Shown here: positions 61,583 through 64,000 of the stretch, piece after piece
Numbering within the stretch: the stretch's first letter is position 1
How the letters are laid out: each line of letters starts with the position of its first letter
Source: a virus
Reading direction: 5' to 3' (one strand)
Virus record (IMG/VR): IMGVR_UViG_3300029309_000013
Location: 1 to 64,000 of that record
DNA: 64,000 nucleotides
The notes under the pieces: generated by a model
What the model was told of the DNA's origin: nothing
Seen by the model: only the letters and a program-made list of their open reading frames with translations
Databases searched by the model: none
Position numbers and translations under genes: made by a program

Positions 61583-64000
61583 TGAAGGCTTCTGTAGGAT
61601 TAGAGAATTTACCAAACGTATATATTTCAAAAATTACACTAGAAGATCATTCAACCAATGGTTTTCTTTTAAACGTTGAGTTAGAAATACAAGACGCTCA
61701 GAAAGACTCTGGTTTTTATTGGTCTGATGATAAAGTGTTACTTAGTTTTTTGAAAGTCAATCTTGTCGCTACAAGGAACCCTAGGGTATCAAATTTACTT
61801 AAGGACGGCACAATTGTTCCCATCCCCAGCGATATTTCCAGGCTAAATAATCCCGACACTAACATGAACACCTTTGGATTATCAGAATTTAAACATATGG
61901 ACAGTGGTTCATCAAAAATATTTCGTAAAAAATTCACCTATAATATAGAAAATGGAGTTCAAGACTTGCATCTTTATGCTGTATGTTTTTTTGATACAAT
62001 GCAGGCAAGTTCAGATTTAAACATTCGGTTAGAAAATATATACTCTAGATATAATGGAGCTGTATGTTCGGAGATAGTTTTTGTCCAAGGAGAGATTAAA
62101 AGCAGCACAACTTTGTTTTTGAGACCAGATAACACAGTCTGGGCAGGCCCTGTTCATGAGCACGAGGGCACTTACATGGAGGGTTCATTCCATAGCAGTG
62201 AACCTCACAATAAACTACGTAGAATAACCGTTCAGAATTACAAGATAACAGATAATAGAAAAAAGAATTATGGATCTAGGCAAGGTATAAACAGGAAATT
62301 TACTCCAATCATCGGAGATCTAATGTTTTCTTTTAACAACAACACTGATTTATCAGGAATGTTTGTCTTTAACATAAAGCAGATGGCCCTAACTAGAACA
62401 AAATACGGCAGACAGCTCTATAATCTTAGCAACAGGCTGTTTGTGGATTATCTTTCCACAATTAAAATCAGATCATTAACGATTAAGAGGCAACAGGTAA
62501 AGTCAGCAGTATATAGGAATACTGCTGGTTCACCAAAATTTGGATCATCTAGATTGCTTAATACTGTTGTTGTTGCCGACAGTAGAGACATAAAATCATA
62601 TCAATTACAAGAAGATGAGAAAATCAAAGAAATATTCCTTTTCCCAGATAAATCATTAAGGGCTTTTCAATTCATAGATGATGAAAAATCCTCCAAATCA
62701 AAAGGTGAATATCAATATAAGGTAGAAATTAGAATCCTAGATCAATCTCACGTCTTTTTAGAAAATAAGATAAATGATCTTAAATTATTGTTCAATGACT
62801 TGAAAGATTTGAGGTCAATTATAGGTAGAAATTCAAATTACGACTTTAAGTTGAGTAAAATAAAAGATTCAAACCTCCTTGATTCAAAAATAGTTAGCAT
62901 TGTTAATGGTTACTACAACCACCTACAGTATTTTGAGAATTTTACCAATTCAGAAAAAGAGTTTTTGATCAAAGAGAAGTTGAAAAACTTTACTTTCAAC
63001 AATTATAACCTTCTAGTTCACGATAGATTCATAACAGAGTTTCAAAAACTAATGACCTTATTCTCTAAAAGATACAAGACATCTGATAAGGAAAATTACG
63101 CTGGTGCAGTTACTGATAGAAAATCATTTGTTCCTGGCTCTATTGAGCTATCAAGAGTGTTTAGTGATATTATTAGCTTCAGAGATATGTTTAGATCTTA
63201 TGATTATTTAGGGATCAAGAATAATATTGGTTTTCCAATCATTACCACCGCAGAAATGAATGATAGAGCGACTAAGGAAGTGCAGAGATTCTTTAGCGGT
63301 AACTTTGTTAACGGTAATGATGATTTCTCTCAAATGGATGTGGATACAAAACAAGCTTTCGGGGATATTAACGCTTCTAGAATGAGCTTTTTTAGCCCCT
63401 TATCTTTGATGGTGAATAGTGAGGAAATAAATCTCGATAATCTAATGAATATTGATCATGATAAATTAACCACAAGATTCATGGAAGGGAAAGATATTTT
63501 CATATCTTATGTCCAGCCGAAACACAATTATGGTAAAAAACAAACCAAAGGTTTCAACCAGTCTAAGAAAAGAACCAGACAAACATTCAGTAAGAATTAC
63601 AGCTTCTCAAGAGATTCTGGCCCTCAATCAGCTGCCGATCCTAATAAAAATGATGATGCCCTATCTTTGTTAAAATCAGAGAATTTCCTTGGATTAAATT
63701 CTGAATTTGTTAACGCTGAAGAGGGCTATAAAGAATCAGTGATAGAAGAGAGTGACCGACAAACTAACGCACAATTTGATTCATATTATAATTTTACCAG
63801 AGATACTTTTAAATCTAATTTTGACTTGCAAAGCGCTGAAAATAGCTTTAGTAATTATTTGGGTAGCAAGCATGCTAGTAAAGAGAACACAAAAGGTGCT
63901 CCAAATCAATACAAAGCGCTTGTGGGATCTAGGTCAAGTAACACTAAAAATGATATCCTAGAGTCAGACACAGACCCTTTGAGATCTGTAAATACAAAAG
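61582..64000 (+). CDS. Large structural protein, truncated at window end (MKASVGLENLPNVYI...)
   Basis: ATG overlaps the upstream TAA, GGAGG RBS; frame appears open to 64000 (spot-checked); WAGPVHEH..YMEG..H motif. Confidence 0.75.
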   Translation, partial: MKASVGLENLPNVYISKITLEDHSTNGFLLNVELEIQDAQKDSGFYWSDDKVLLSFLKVNLVATRNPRVSNLLKDGTIVPIPSDISRLNNPDTNMNTFGLSEFKHMDSGSSKIFRKKFTYNIENGVQDLHLYAVCFFDTMQASSDLNIRLENIYSRYNGAVCSEIVFVQGEIKSSTTLFLRPDNTVWAGPVHEHEGTYMEGSFHSSEPHNKLRRITVQNYKITDNRKKNYGSRQGINRKFTPIIGDLMFSFNNNTDLSGMFVFNIKQMALTRTKYGRQLYNLSNRLFVDYLSTIKIRSLTIKRQQVKSAVYRNTAGSPKFGSSRLLNTVVVADSRDIKSYQLQEDEKIKEIFLFPDKSLRAFQFIDDEKSSKSKGEYQYKVEIRILDQSHVFLENKINDLKLLFNDLKDLRSIIGRNSNYDFKLSKIKDSNLLDSKIVSIVNGYYNHLQYFENFTNSEKEFLIKEKLKNFTFNNYNLLVHDRFITEFQKLMTLFSKRYKTSDKENYAGAVTDRKSFVPGSIELSRVFSDIISFRDMFRSYDYLGIKNNIGFPIITTAEMNDRATKEVQRFFSGNFVNGNDDFSQMDVDTKQAFGDINASRMSFFSPLSLMVNSEEINLDNLMNIDHDKLTTRFMEGKDIFISYVQPKHNYGKKQTKGFNQSKKRTRQTFSKNYSFSRDSGPQSAADPNKNDDALSLLKSENFLGLNSEFVNAEEGYKESVIEESDRQTNAQFDSYYNFTRDTFKSNFDLQSAENSFSNYLGSKHASKENTKGAPNQYKALVGSRSSNTKNDILESDTDPLRSVNTK

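Noticed and set aside
740-61937. Minus-strand and nested alternate-frame ORFs in the ORF track
   Set aside because: They are shadows of long + strand genes, with no recognisable motifs or promoters

Overview
This 64 kb window comes from a large contractile-tailed dsDNA bacteriophage (T4-like or jumbo myovirus). Every credible gene is on the + strand. (1) 1-6.3 kb: a relatively GC-rich early array of 12 near-identical strong sigma70 promoter units (A-tract-GTTT..TTGACA-16/17bp-TACATT..(CAA)n-GGAG-ATG), each driving 1-3 tiny ORFs, plus two structured non-coding stretches. By a line-by-line read, this segment has no AATT and no TTAA, and both reappear abruptly at a palindrome cluster at about 6.3 kb. 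(2) 6.4-24 kb: AT-rich genes behind a CTA(T/A/G)TTA late-type motif, including probable head-packaged mosaic proteins (kinase, zincin, HAD-Nudix, Lys/Cys-rich modules), a myxobacterial-type Ig-Ig-vWA lipoprotein, a Fis-like HTH protein, a eukaryotic-type phosphomannomutase, tRNA-Arg(UCU) and an HNH nuclease. (3) 24-36.6 kb: PIN-PhoH, a metallopeptidase, a PD-(D/E)XK nuclease, a glycosyltransferase/sugar-nucleotide operon and a gp55-like late sigma factor. (4) 36.6-64 kb: baseplate/tail module (M15-like peptidase hub, spike, gp25, gp6, very large LamG-containing proteins). All calls come from motif recognition by eye; no database searches were run.
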